The notes under the pieces are model-generated. The model was not told the DNA's origin. It saw nothing but the letters and a program-made list of their open reading frames with translations, and searched no databases. Shown piece by piece: positions 35,158 through 44,946 of a DNA stretch of 64,000 bases. Position numbers and translations under genes: made by a program. Each line of letters opens with the position of its first letter. Position 1 is the first letter of the stretch. Location: the NCBI GenBank assembly GCA_963713955.1, contig OY970216.1, forward strand, positions 506,252 through 570,251. The letters run 5' to 3'. The stretch is from an uncultured bacterium. Its GTDB lineage: Bacteria; Patescibacteriota; Minisyncoccia; UBA6257; GWB1-50-10.

Positions 35158-36054
35158 ATGTCCCACGTTCCGGTTCTTTTAAAAGAAGCAATAGAAATTC
35201 TAAATCCGCAAAAAGGAGAGTTCTTTATCGACGGAACCTTGGGAGTCGGCGGACATGCGGAAGAAATATTGAAACGGATATCTCCCGGCGGAACGCTTCT
35301 CGCACTCGACTGGGATCCGGAGATGGTCGATGAAACCAAGAAGAGATTCGAGGGATTGGACTTGGGATCCCGGAAAATATTCGCGGAAGGGAATTATGCC
35401 GATCTGCCGAAGATACTCCTGCGAAACCATTTGCCAAAAGCCGACGGGCTGATTCTGGACTTGGGTTTCTCCTCGTGGCACTTGGAACGGTCAGGGAGAG
35501 GATTCAGCTTCGGTGCCGACGAGCCGCTTATCATGAAATACAACCCCCAGAGCGAATGGCTCACCGCTTCTGAAGCGGTAAACGGGCTCGACGAAAAAAG
35601 TCTGGCCAACGTAATTTACGAATACGGAGAAGAAAGAAACTCAAGGCGGATCGCCAAAGCGATCGTCGCGGCGAGGAAGAAAAAGAAAATCAGAACAGCC
35701 AGGGAACTTGCCGGGATCGTGAATTCCGCCTTCGGCGGAAAGAGAGGAAGGATAAACAACGCGACGAGAACTTTCCAGGCCCTCCGCATATACGTGAACG
35801 AGGAGCTGACCAATCTCGCAAAAGTCCTCGGCGAGACGGGAGAAATCCTGAGGCCGGGCGGACGAATGGGCGTCATAACCTTCCATTCGCTGGAGGATAA
35901 AACAGTAAAGGACGCTTTTAAATTGCTTCATCGAGAGGGAAAAACAGAGTTTTTAAACAAAAAAGTCATTAAACCGGGACGAGAAGAAGTGACAAGAAAT
36001 CCCAAGAGTCGCTCGGCGAAACTCCGGGCCGTAAAAATAAATAAAAATCCATGA
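35158..36054 (+). CDS. rsmH: 16S rRNA (cytosine1402-N4)-methyltransferase RsmH (MraW)
   Basis: HVPVLLKEAIE, DGTLGVGGHAEEIL, DLGFSSWHLE, typical RsmH motifs. Confidence 0.9.
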   Translation: MSHVPVLLKEAIEILNPQKGEFFIDGTLGVGGHAEEILKRISPGGTLLALDWDPEMVDETKKRFEGLDLGSRKIFAEGNYADLPKILLRNHLPKADGLILDLGFSSWHLERSGRGFSFGADEPLIMKYNPQSEWLTASEAVNGLDEKSLANVIYEYGEERNSRRIAKAIVAARKKKKIRTARELAGIVNSAFGGKRGRINNATRTFQALRIYVNEELTNLAKVLGETGEILRPGGRMGVITFHSLEDKTVKDAFKLLHREGKTEFLNKKVIKPGREEVTRNPKSRSAKLRAVKINKNP

Positions 36055-36362
36055 GTATCATTAAGCCATCAATTTATGCACAGAACGCACGCTTCATAAT
36101 GTTCCTGCTTTCCTTTATACTTATGGCAGGTATTTCGTACATCCTGATGTACAATTCGCTGGTTAACGCGAGATACCAAGTAACGAACTTGAAAAGCCAG
36201 ATCACGGAAGCGGTGAATGTCAACAACAATCTCAAAAGCGAGGTGTTCAACATAACGTCCCCCCAATCGCTTAACTCGCTGGCCGTCAAATACAATCTGG
36301 TTCTCGATACCAAACCGGAATACTTGAGCGAAAAGCAATGGGTGTCAGATTCATCGTTTTAA
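36051..36362 (+). CDS. ftsL: Cell division protein FtsL-like (single TM + coiled coil)
   Basis: 103 aa, one TM helix then a heptad-like region. Positioned between rsmH and the PBP gene as in dcw clusters. Confidence 0.5.
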   Translation: MSIIKPSIYAQNARFIMFLLSFILMAGISYILMYNSLVNARYQVTNLKSQITEAVNVNNNLKSEVFNITSPQSLNSLAVKYNLVLDTKPEYLSEKQWVSDSSF

Positions 36363-37942
36363 CATGCATATTCGGAATACTCTTCGGCCTTTTGGGGTTC
36401 AACTTATATAAACTGCAGATAGACAAAGGGGCTTATTATCTCGAAAAAGTTCAGGCGAGAAGTGAAAACCTGGCTGAGCTTCAGCTTCGGAGAGGAGAAA
36501 TCCTCTTCACCGACAAATACGGCAATTCAATACCGGTGGCCATCAACAAGGATTACCCGGTCATCTATGCCGTTCCCAAAGAAATAAAGGATCCGAGCGA
36601 GGAGGCAAATACTTTGGCGCCCCTCATCGGTGCGAGTTCGACGGTTCTCGCCAAAATCCTCGACAATCCCGCGAGCCTTTTCCGAATGCTCGTTGAAAAA
36701 GCAAGCAGTACCGAGGTCAGCGCCGTCGAGGCCGCTAATCTGGAGGGCATCTATACCGACACGAAGCAGTACCGGTATTATCCCTTCGGAAGCTTGGCTG
36801 CTGAGGCCATAGGCTTCGTGGGGGTTAATCAGAGTACCACCGATCCCGTCGGTCTCTATGGCATCGAGCGGTATTACAATGCGACGCTCGATGCCGGCGA
36901 GAACGTGGAACTCACCATAGATCGGAATCTTCAGGCGCAGTCGGAGGATCTCATTCAAAACCTGGTTGCTGCGCAGAGCGCGGAGAGCGGAGCAGTGATC
37001 ATCGAAGACCCGAGAACCGGCGCGATACTCACCATGGCTCAATACCCGGCATTCGATCCCAACGATTACTCGAGTTCTAGCATCGCGAACTTTCTGAATT
37101 CCAACGTCCAGGCGACGTATGAACCCGGCTCCGTTTTCAAGCCAGTCACTATGTCTGTCGGCATCGAAAATCACGACTTCACCCCTGATTCCACGTATGA
37201 CGACAAGGGGTACGTGATTTTGAACGGCCACAAGATATTGAACTGGAATCTCAAGGCCTATGGACCGGGGACCACGATGACCATGGTCATCGAAAACTCG
37301 ATAAACACCGGGTCGGTCTGGGCGGAACAGCATATCGGAAGAAAGACCTTTTACGAGGGGGTTAAGAAATTCGGCTTCGGCGATCTCACGGGGATTGACC
37401 TGCCGAACGAAGTAAGCGGAAGTTTGGCCAACCTGGAAAACAAAAATGCCGAAGATGTCGATTACGCAACGGCTGCTTTCGGGCAGGGCGTGTCGGTAAC
37501 GCCGCTCCAGATGATAAATGCTTTTTCGGCAATCGCGAACGGCGGACTTTTCATGCGACCTTACGTCAATGCAAGCCTCAAACCGGAGGTTATGGGAAGA
37601 GTCATCAGCGAAGGTACGTCAAAGCAAGTGATCGGGATGATGCTCTCGGCCGTCAACGGCGCTAAGGTCGCAACCATACCACAATTCAACGTCGCCGGAA
37701 AAACCGGGACCGCGCAGATACCAGATCTCGTGCACGGCGGGTATCTATCGAATGAATACATTCATACTTTCATCGGTATGGTACCGGCTTCAAATCCCCA
37801 ATACGTCATCCTGATCAAGCTCGTGAAACCGAAATCGGAACTGGCTGCCGTCTCCGTCGTGCCAGCCTTCAAGCAACTGGCAACGTTCGTCCTGAACTAC
37901 GAAAATGTCCCGCCGGACAATTCTTTCTCTCCGAACAAATGA
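36338..37942 (+). CDS. ftsI: Penicillin-binding protein 2 / FtsI-type peptidoglycan transpeptidase
   Basis: N-terminal TM, dimerisation domain, transpeptidase motifs (SxxK region YEPGSVFKPVTMS, SIN, KTGTAQ). Confidence 0.85.
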   Translation: MGVRFIVLTCIFGILFGLLGFNLYKLQIDKGAYYLEKVQARSENLAELQLRRGEILFTDKYGNSIPVAINKDYPVIYAVPKEIKDPSEEANTLAPLIGASSTVLAKILDNPASLFRMLVEKASSTEVSAVEAANLEGIYTDTKQYRYYPFGSLAAEAIGFVGVNQSTTDPVGLYGIERYYNATLDAGENVELTIDRNLQAQSEDLIQNLVAAQSAESGAVIIEDPRTGAILTMAQYPAFDPNDYSSSSIANFLNSNVQATYEPGSVFKPVTMSVGIENHDFTPDSTYDDKGYVILNGHKILNWNLKAYGPGTTMTMVIENSINTGSVWAEQHIGRKTFYEGVKKFGFGDLTGIDLPNEVSGSLANLENKNAEDVDYATAAFGQGVSVTPLQMINAFSAIANGGLFMRPYVNASLKPEVMGRVISEGTSKQVIGMMLSAVNGAKVATIPQFNVAGKTGTAQIPDLVHGGYLSNEYIHTFIGMVPASNPQYVILIKLVKPKSELAAVSVVPAFKQLATFVLNYENVPPDNSFSPNK

Positions 37943-39246
37943 AGGACGCCATGCTTAAAATTCTGGCTTTTATCCTTAAAAAAGAAGCCAAACTCATAAT
38001 CCTAAAATATAAGCCAACGATAGTCGGTGTAACCGGCAGCGTCGGAAAAACTTCAACTAAAACCGCGGTTGCCTCTGTTCTCAAGGGGGAGCGGAACGTA
38101 AGAACGGCTTCCAAAAATTTCAACAATGAATTCGGCCTTCCGGTCACCATTATCGGCGACTTTGACGACGTCGAAGGAGGTTCTTTTTGGATCAAAGTTC
38201 TCCTAAGGGGAGTTTCCCAGCTTATCATGAAAAAAACCGACTATCCGGAGATACTTGTTCTTGAATACGGCATAGACAGGCCCGGTGACATGGACTATCT
38301 TCTCGACGTCGCGAGGCCGGATGTCGGCATCATAACGGCCATCGGGGAAGTTCCCGTCCACGTCGAATTCTTCGAGGGGCCGCACGGCGTCGTCAAGGAA
38401 AAGAGCAAACTCATAGCCCGGTTGCCGTCGACTGGCTTCGCGATACTGAACTCCGACGACTCAAATTTTCCATTTCTCCGAGAGCAAACAAGAGGGCACG
38501 TCATAACCTACGGCTTCGGCGAAAATGCCGACGTGAGGATCACCAACTTTTCGACGCCGGTTGATGCGGAAAACGGTGAAAGCTCCGTCTCTTTCAAAAT
38601 AAACTACGGAGGAAGTGTCGTGCCGGTCAAAATGCAAAACATTGTCGGCAAGTCCGCTGCCTATGCCGGCGCCGCGGCAGCCGCTTCCGGACTCATATTC
38701 GGGATGAATCTCTCGAAAATCGCCGAAACTCTGGACAAATATCAAAACCCCAGTGGCCGTGAAAGAGTCATAAAAGGAATGGAAAACACGACCATCATAG
38801 ACGACTCGTACAATGCCTCGCCCAAGGCCATGGAAGAAGCGCTCGGGACGCTCAGAGTAATCAAGGCAAAAAGAAAGATAGCGGTCTTGGGGGACATGCT
38901 GGAACTCGGCAAGTATACCAAGGAAGCTCACGAGAAAATAGGAGACCTCGTGCCGAAATCAGCCGACGTGCTCGTAACCGTCGGATCGAGAGCGGAATTC
39001 ATATCCGAGGAAGCGGTCAGAAAGGGAATGCCTCCGAAATCGGTTTTTCACTTCGACAACATCGGCGACGCGGTAAGAGAGCTGAAAAATTTCGTCAAGA
39101 AAGGCGATCTTATACTCGTGAAAGGATCCCAATCCGTCAGGATGGAAAAGATAACTAAAGAATTAATGGCTGAACCCCTGAAAGCTAAAGACCTTTTGGT
39201 TAGGCAATCGGATGTCTGGCTTGCGAAACCAGGGATGTACGAATAA
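37939..39246 (+). CDS. murF: UDP-N-acetylmuramoyl-tripeptide--D-alanyl-D-alanine ligase MurF
   Basis: P-loop GVTGSVGKTSTK, NFNNEFGLPVTI (MurF NxNNxIG.P signature), C-terminal Mur ligase domain. Confidence 0.8.
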   Translation: MKDAMLKILAFILKKEAKLIILKYKPTIVGVTGSVGKTSTKTAVASVLKGERNVRTASKNFNNEFGLPVTIIGDFDDVEGGSFWIKVLLRGVSQLIMKKTDYPEILVLEYGIDRPGDMDYLLDVARPDVGIITAIGEVPVHVEFFEGPHGVVKEKSKLIARLPSTGFAILNSDDSNFPFLREQTRGHVITYGFGENADVRITNFSTPVDAENGESSVSFKINYGGSVVPVKMQNIVGKSAAYAGAAAAASGLIFGMNLSKIAETLDKYQNPSGRERVIKGMENTTIIDDSYNASPKAMEEALGTLRVIKAKRKIAVLGDMLELGKYTKEAHEKIGDLVPKSADVLVTVGSRAEFISEEAVRKGMPPKSVFHFDNIGDAVRELKNFVKKGDLILVKGSQSVRMEKITKELMAEPLKAKDLLVRQSDVWLAKPGMYE

Positions 39247-39296
39247 ACTAGGGACTAGGGTGCAGGGGATAGGGTATAGGGGAAAAGCGAGAGAAT
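39247..39296 (+). repeat. G-rich TAGGG-type repeats (CTAGGGACTAGGGTGCAGGGGATAGGGTATAGGGG) upstream of tRNA-Glu
   Basis: Five GGG(G) runs in 40 nt. Potential G-quadruplex-forming tract. Confidence 0.4.
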
Positions 39297-39371
39297 GGCC
39301 TCGTCGTCTAGTCCGGTCTAGGACACATGGTTCTCATCCATGTAACATGGGTTCGAATCCCGTCGAGGCTA
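39297..39371 (+). tRNA. tRNA-Glu (anticodon CUC)
   Basis: GGCCTCG acceptor (G1-U72 wobble), 11-nt D loop, CATGG-TTCTCAT-CCATG anticodon arm, ATGGG-TTCGAAT-CCCGT T arm. 75 nt. Confidence 0.8.
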
Positions 39372-39387
39372 CTGATATAATGAAGTT

Positions 39388-39717
39388 ATGTTCAGAAAGA
39401 AATCGGCACTCATACTCATAGGCATAAACATCCTCTTTCTCGCCGTAAGCTTGGCCCTCGCGATTTCGGGAGCGGGGAAATTGACATATCCTTCGATCAT
39501 ACATTTCGACAAATGGAATGGCGTGAACTTCCTGGGAGACGAGAGCGATTTCTGGGGAATTTTCCTCACCGGCGTTGCTTTCACGCTCATGAATGCATTC
39601 CTGGCTCTCAAACTGTTTTATAAGGAAAGGGTGACGGCTTATCTCTTTCTCGCGGCCAACATTCTCATATCCATACTCCTCTTGATATTCTCGGCAACCG
39701 TGATCGGAAACAATTAA
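39388..39717 (+). CDS. Small polytopic membrane protein, unknown function
   Basis: 109 aa, 3 predicted TM helices. Confidence 0.35.
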   Translation: MFRKKSALILIGINILFLAVSLALAISGAGKLTYPSIIHFDKWNGVNFLGDESDFWGIFLTGVAFTLMNAFLALKLFYKERVTAYLFLAANILISILLLIFSATVIGNN

Positions 39718-39718
39718 C

Positions 39719-40756
39719 ATGACAACCATCTTGCTTATAGTTCTTATTATCTTGACGCTCGGCCTTCTGATAGCCATCTTTTCCCTGATGCGCAACTTGA
39801 AGAAGCCGAAAGAGAACGGCGAAGGACTGACGCTCCTCCAAAACCAAATGAACGAGATAACGAGGACTTTGGACAATAAACTTTCAGAATCAAACAGAGT
39901 TTTGCAAAGCCAGTTCGGCGAAAGCGCGAAAATCATCAGAGACGTGACTGAGCGTCTCACGAAGCTTGACGAGACCAATAAGCAGGTTATAAATTTCGCC
40001 GACCAGCTCCAATCTCTCCAGGATATCCTGAAAAATCCGAAACAACGGGGGATTTTAGGAGAATACTATTTGGAAACCCTTCTCAAGAACGTCCTGCCTC
40101 CGGGAAGCTACCAAATGCAATATCCGTTCAAGGACGGCACCATCGTCGACGCGGTCGTTTTTGTCAAAGACAAGATCATCTGCATCGACTCCAAATTTTC
40201 GCTCGAAAACTACAACCGCCTCATCGACGAAAAAGATCCTGCCGAACGGGAACGGCTGGAAAAATCGTTCAAAACCGACCTCAAAAACCGCATCGACGAG
40301 ACAAGCAAGTACGTCAAGCCGGACGAAGGGACCATGGACTTTGCGTTCATGTTTATACCCCACGAAGCGATTTACTATGATCTCCTTATCGCGCAAGTCG
40401 GCGCCGTCAAGGTGAATACACGCGACCTCATCGAATACGCCTTCAAGGACAAGCACGTCATCATCGTTTCGCCGACGTCGTTCCTCGCATATCTCCAAAC
40501 CGTTCTCCAAGGCTTGAAAGCGCTTCAGATAGAAGAGTCGGCGAAAGAAATACGCAAAAATGTGGAAACGTTGAGCCGGCACCTTCTTTCCTACGACGAA
40601 TTCGTCAAAAGATTGGGAGGAAGTCTCGAAACAACCGTCAAAACATACAACAACGCCTATAAGGAACTCGGAAAAATAAACAAAGACATGCTGCGCATCA
40701 CGGGAGAAGACGCAGGGATAGAACCTTTGGCCGTGGAACCCCCCGCGGAAGAATGA
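39719..40756 (+). CDS. rmuC: DNA recombination protein RmuC
   Basis: N-terminal TM, long coiled coil, C-terminal RmuC nuclease-like domain (GILGEYYLETLLKNVLP...FMFIPHEAIYYDLL). Confidence 0.8.
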   Translation: MTTILLIVLIILTLGLLIAIFSLMRNLKKPKENGEGLTLLQNQMNEITRTLDNKLSESNRVLQSQFGESAKIIRDVTERLTKLDETNKQVINFADQLQSLQDILKNPKQRGILGEYYLETLLKNVLPPGSYQMQYPFKDGTIVDAVVFVKDKIICIDSKFSLENYNRLIDEKDPAERERLEKSFKTDLKNRIDETSKYVKPDEGTMDFAFMFIPHEAIYYDLLIAQVGAVKVNTRDLIEYAFKDKHVIIVSPTSFLAYLQTVLQGLKALQIEESAKEIRKNVETLSRHLLSYDEFVKRLGGSLETTVKTYNNAYKELGKINKDMLRITGEDAGIEPLAVEPPAEE

Positions 40757-41400
40757 CGATGGATCAAAAACTCCTCCTCGATCAGAAATGGAAGAAGCTC
40801 ATGAAACTCGCGGGCTATTTCAGATTCGTGCCGTTCCTCGACTTTGCCGTCGCGACCGGCTCGATGGCCGTGGGGAACGTGAAAGAGAGCTCCGATTTCG
40901 ACGCTTTAATCTCCGTGGAGAAGGGGAGAATATTCACCGTACGGTACATTATCAATTTCGTCTTCTCGCTCTTGGGGAAAAGGCGATTGGACGATCTGGA
41001 GGATTCAAGTCCGGACAAGCTCTGCTTCAATCATTTCGTGACCGAGGAAACCTGGAGGATAAAACCCATAAATTCCTTGAGTGTGACTATTTCCAGGAAT
41101 TGGGTGCCGCTCTGGGGAAACAAGGAAAAAATTAAAAAATTCTTAAAAATCAATTCCACCACTGAAGAAAACTTGGAGGGAAATCTCCTTGATCTCCGCT
41201 TCAGCGAAAAGCCGAAAAGCGTGGCGGCGAAGATAGCCGAAAAGGCGCTCGGGGGGAGGGGAGGCGACTTCCTGGAAAATAAAGTCATCGGTGTCATATC
41301 CAGAAAACGTCTCGGAAAATACCTGGCGGGCAAACCGAGAGGCGAGCGCGTAATCGTGAGCGAGAAAGAAATGGAATTCCATTTCAATCCAAAATTCTGA
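40753..41400 (+). CDS. Hypothetical protein with Pol-beta-superfamily nucleotidyltransferase-like motif
   Basis: GSMAVGNVKESSDFDALI resembles the GS...DxD minimal NTase motif. The rest is uncharacterised. Confidence 0.35.
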   Translation: MTMDQKLLLDQKWKKLMKLAGYFRFVPFLDFAVATGSMAVGNVKESSDFDALISVEKGRIFTVRYIINFVFSLLGKRRLDDLEDSSPDKLCFNHFVTEETWRIKPINSLSVTISRNWVPLWGNKEKIKKFLKINSTTEENLEGNLLDLRFSEKPKSVAAKIAEKALGGRGGDFLENKVIGVISRKRLGKYLAGKPRGERVIVSEKEMEFHFNPKF

Positions 41401-41410
41401 ACAAGACAAC

Positions 41411-42016
41411 ATGTTTGCGCTCATATCAAATCTGGTCATTGAGATAATCAAGTACTTAGGCTATCCCGGCATCTTCCTTTTGATGACCTTGGAGAGCGTG
41501 AATATTCCCATCCCCTCTGAAATCATCATGCCTTTTTCCGGATTCCTGGCCCTCCAAGGCAACTTGAATTTTTGGCTTGTCGCACTCATGGGAACCTTGG
41601 GAAATATGGCTGGTGCGTTCCTATCGTATTTCCTCGCCGAATGGATATTGGAGATCAGGGGGAAATACAAGATACTTCAGGTCATCCTTTCCCACCGGCA
41701 CCTTGAAAAAACCGACGCGTGGTTCAAAAAATACGGCTCATACTCCATATTCTTCGGAAGGATCATTCCGATGGTCCGAACGTTCATATCCCTCCCGGCC
41801 GGCATCGCGAAGATGAATGCAATTAAGTTTACGTACCTCACGTTTCTCGGCTCTTTCCTCTGGTCGGCGTTTTTGACCTACATTGGATTTTTCCTCGGAA
41901 ACAACTGGACGATAATCCAAGAATATTTCAAAGAACTGGATTACGTGATACTCGTCGTCATCGCCGCCGCCCTGCTCTACTGGCTTATCGCAAGGAGAAA
42001 GAGAAAACGAACTTAA
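41411..42016 (+). CDS. dedA: DedA/VTT-domain (SNARE-associated) membrane protein
   Basis: YLGYPGIFLLMTLESVNIPIPSEII..., FFGRIIPMVRTFISLPAGIAKMN, typical DedA motifs. Confidence 0.75.
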   Translation: MFALISNLVIEIIKYLGYPGIFLLMTLESVNIPIPSEIIMPFSGFLALQGNLNFWLVALMGTLGNMAGAFLSYFLAEWILEIRGKYKILQVILSHRHLEKTDAWFKKYGSYSIFFGRIIPMVRTFISLPAGIAKMNAIKFTYLTFLGSFLWSAFLTYIGFFLGNNWTIIQEYFKELDYVILVVIAAALLYWLIARRKRKRT

Positions 42017-42149
42017 TTTGTACGAACGCCACCATATTCCGAAGAAGGCTTTTTTAGTGAGGAGGATTTATTCGAAAGAAAAACTCGCCGATGAGGGATA
42101 TGGCGGCGGGAGAACCCCTTGCGTTTTTTCCCGAAGTATGCTATCATAA

Positions 42150-42258
42150 GTCGTGTGTGAGTGTTAGGCTTTCCCTGTTCTCAAGAGGCGACTCGCGAGG
42201 AAATCCAAGGAAAGCCCTCAATAGTTTCCAAGAGCCCCGCAAGGGGCTCTGGTTTTTT
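42150..42258 (+). ncRNA. Candidate small RNA. A 5' single-stranded GUGUGUGAGUG, a 53-nt hairpin (GGCUUUCC...GGAAAGCC) and an intrinsic terminator GAGCCCCGCAAGGGGCUC + UUUUUU
   Basis: Stand-alone hairpin + terminator architecture 134 nt after the dedA stop. No credible ORF. Its 5' segment is complementary to the loop of the secA-leader hairpin (42330-42338). Confidence 0.4.
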
Positions 42259-42310
42259 ATGGAAATGGCGTTATTCTTAATATGCAGCGGAAAAACCGGA
42301 GTCGGACTTT

Positions 42311-42376
42311 CTCTGCGGCCACGGTTGAGCACTCACACAACAAAAAACTAAGGAGGTCACCACCGCGGCCGCAGAG
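42311..42376 (+). promoter_or_regulatory. Strong 14-15-bp hairpin in the secA 5' region (CTCTGCGGCCACGGT ... ACCGCGGCCGCAGAG). Its 36-nt loop contains CACUCACACAAC and AAGGAGG
   Basis: Located 62 nt upstream of the secA ATG. The loop sequence is complementary to 42153-42163. Confidence 0.5.
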
Positions 42377-42438
42377 GCGGCCCGACCGGATATTGGAACA
42401 CCTCACGGCGTCCCGACATCCTAAGCGTTGACTAAAAA

Positions 42439-44946
42439 ATGGAAATCCTCACCAAGCTTTTCAAAGACAACAATCTCAAAAGATACGAGCGCACCGCCGA
42501 GAAAATCAATTCGCTTGAACCGGAAATTGAACGCCTGAACGCGGAAGAACTCAAGGAAGAAATGCTGAAGCTGAAAGAAGAGTTGAGAAACGGGAAAAAA
42601 CCGGATGACATCCTGCCGCGCTCTTTCGCCCTTACGAGGGAAGCGGCAAAAAGAACCCTGAAGCAGAGGCATTTCGACGTTCAGATGGTGGGCGGCATGG
42701 CTCTCCACGAGGGAAAAATCGCCGAAATGAGGACCGGCGAAGGCAAAACGCTTGCGGCGACGCTCCCCACGGCCCTCAACGCCGCGACGGGGAGGGGTGC
42801 CCACGTGATAACCGTGAACGATTACCTTGCCAAGAGAGACACGGTCTGGATGGGGCAGATATACTACGCGTTGGGCTTCACGATCGCGTGCTTAGTCCAC
42901 GACGCGGCCTACGTCTACGACCCGTCGTTCGTGGGAGAAGAAAACCTGGACAAGGAACGGGACGCCATCGGCGGCTTCAAGGTCGTCGAAAAGTTTCTCC
43001 GGCCCGTCTCCCGAAAAGAAGCTTACGCTTCGGACATCACCTACGGCACCAACCACGAATTCGGCTTTGACTACCTGCGGGACAATCTGGCCGTCCGACT
43101 CGAAGACAAGGTACAAAGGGATTTTCATTACGCGATCATAGACGAAGTGGACAGCATCTTGATAGACGAGGCGAGAACGCCTCTGATCATCGCCGGCCCC
43201 GACCAAGAGTCGAGCGAATACTACCGGGTTTTCGCCCGCATTGTCTCAAACCTCGAGGAAGAAACCGATTACACCGTCGACGAGAAATTGAGGGCCGTGT
43301 CGATAACCGAACCCGGCATAGAAAAGACGGAAAAACTGGCCAACGTCCAAAACATCTACGCGCCGGAGAATCTGCGTCTTGTCCATTTTCTCCAGGAAAG
43401 CCTCAAAGCCAAAGCGCTCTTCAAGCGGGACAAGGATTACATCGTCAAAAACGGGGAAGTCGTGATCGTCGACGAATTCACCGGCCGGATGCTCATGGGG
43501 AGGAGGTATTCCGGGGGGCTCCACCAAGCCATAGAGGCCAAAGAAGGAGTGAATGTGCGGCAAGAAGACCGAACATACGCCCAGATCACCATCCAGAACT
43601 ATTTCCGCCTTTATGAAAAAATAGCGGGCATGACCGGGACGGCCGAGACTTCCGCCGAAGAATTCAACAAAGTTTACAACCTGGACGTCGTGACGATCCC
43701 CACCAACAAAAAGATGATACGGGAAGATCTGCCTGATGCAATCTATAAAACAAAAAAAGCGAAATATGAAGCGATCGTCAGAGAGATAAAGGAACAAAAA
43801 GAAAAAGGCAGGCCGATTCTCGTCGGAACGACGTCAATAGCCAACAATGAGATCATTTCTTCTTATCTCGCGAAAGCCGGGATACCACACGAGGTCCTGA
43901 ACGCCAAAAACCACGAACGCGAGGGAATGATCATTGCGCAGGCGGGGCGCGCGGGCGCCGTGACCGTCGCGACCAACATGGCCGGCCGCGGCGTCGACAT
44001 CGTCCTCGGAGGCAATCCGCCCGACCCCGATGAAGCGGAAAGAATAAAAGCAGCCGGCGGGCTCCTCGTCGTCGGAACCGAACGGCACGAGGCGAGGAGG
44101 ATTGACAACCAACTTCGCGGGCGCGCCGGGAGGCAGGGAGATCCCGGCTCGACGGAATTTTTCCTCTCCCTCGAAGACGATCTCATGCGCATCTTCGGAG
44201 GCGACCGGATCAAGCACCTCATGGAAACTCTGAACTTCCCGGAAGACGTTCCCATCCAATCCAAAACGGTCATGAGGGCGATCAACCAAGCTCAGGTCAA
44301 AGTCGAGGGAGCAAACTTCGACATCCGGAAGCATCTCCTAGATTTCGACGATGTATTGAACAAACAGAGAGCGGCAATTTACAACAAAAGGACCAAAATA
44401 CTGGAAGCGGGGGACAAGAATGAAATATTGTCAATTGTGAGGGAAATGATCGGTAATTTTGTTTCCGAAAACGTGGCCGCTCTGAAAAACAAATTGGAAT
44501 TGAATCCGGAGGAAAAAGAACAAACCGAAAAACAGATAAGCGAGTTGGAGAACAAAGCGTCAAAAATCCCGGAAAGCATCGACCAACTCAAATCCACGGT
44601 GATAGCCCAGCAAATCGTGAGGATGATGGATGCGCTCTGGATCGATCACTTGGAAAACCTCGAAGGATTGAGGGAGTCGGTGAACATCCGCGCTTACGGA
44701 CAGCACGATCCGCTCATCGAGTACCGTCGGGAAGCCTACCTCCAGTTCCAAGAGTTCAACAAGGCTCTCGAATCATTGGTGTATGGCACGGTATTCCAGA
44801 TTTTCGACATGGACCTCGGCAAAATGTTCGTGCCCCAAAACGCCGCGCCGCGCGAGACTCCGCCGCCGGAATTCAAGAACATCGGCAGGAATGACCCCTG
44901 CTGGTGCGGGAGCGGTTTGAAATACAAAAAATGCCACGGAAAATAA
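42439..44946 (+). CDS. secA: Preprotein translocase ATPase SecA
   Basis: DEAD-like motor motifs (MRTGEGKTLAATLP, DEVDSILIDEARTPLIIAG), C-terminal zinc motif CWCGSGLKYKKCHG. Confidence 0.95.
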   Translation: MEILTKLFKDNNLKRYERTAEKINSLEPEIERLNAEELKEEMLKLKEELRNGKKPDDILPRSFALTREAAKRTLKQRHFDVQMVGGMALHEGKIAEMRTGEGKTLAATLPTALNAATGRGAHVITVNDYLAKRDTVWMGQIYYALGFTIACLVHDAAYVYDPSFVGEENLDKERDAIGGFKVVEKFLRPVSRKEAYASDITYGTNHEFGFDYLRDNLAVRLEDKVQRDFHYAIIDEVDSILIDEARTPLIIAGPDQESSEYYRVFARIVSNLEEETDYTVDEKLRAVSITEPGIEKTEKLANVQNIYAPENLRLVHFLQESLKAKALFKRDKDYIVKNGEVVIVDEFTGRMLMGRRYSGGLHQAIEAKEGVNVRQEDRTYAQITIQNYFRLYEKIAGMTGTAETSAEEFNKVYNLDVVTIPTNKKMIREDLPDAIYKTKKAKYEAIVREIKEQKEKGRPILVGTTSIANNEIISSYLAKAGIPHEVLNAKNHEREGMIIAQAGRAGAVTVATNMAGRGVDIVLGGNPPDPDEAERIKAAGGLLVVGTERHEARRIDNQLRGRAGRQGDPGSTEFFLSLEDDLMRIFGGDRIKHLMETLNFPEDVPIQSKTVMRAINQAQVKVEGANFDIRKHLLDFDDVLNKQRAAIYNKRTKILEAGDKNEILSIVREMIGNFVSENVAALKNKLELNPEEKEQTEKQISELENKASKIPESIDQLKSTVIAQQIVRMMDALWIDHLENLEGLRESVNIRAYGQHDPLIEYRREAYLQFQEFNKALESLVYGTVFQIFDMDLGKMFVPQNAAPRETPPPEFKNIGRNDPCWCGSGLKYKKCHGK

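Noticed and set aside
42091-42351. ORF 42091..42351 (+, 86 aa) in the dedA-secA spacer
   Set aside because: It contains an intrinsic terminator hairpin in its middle and strongly structured RNA. The amino-acid sequence is low-complexity without motifs. The region is better explained as sRNA/leader.
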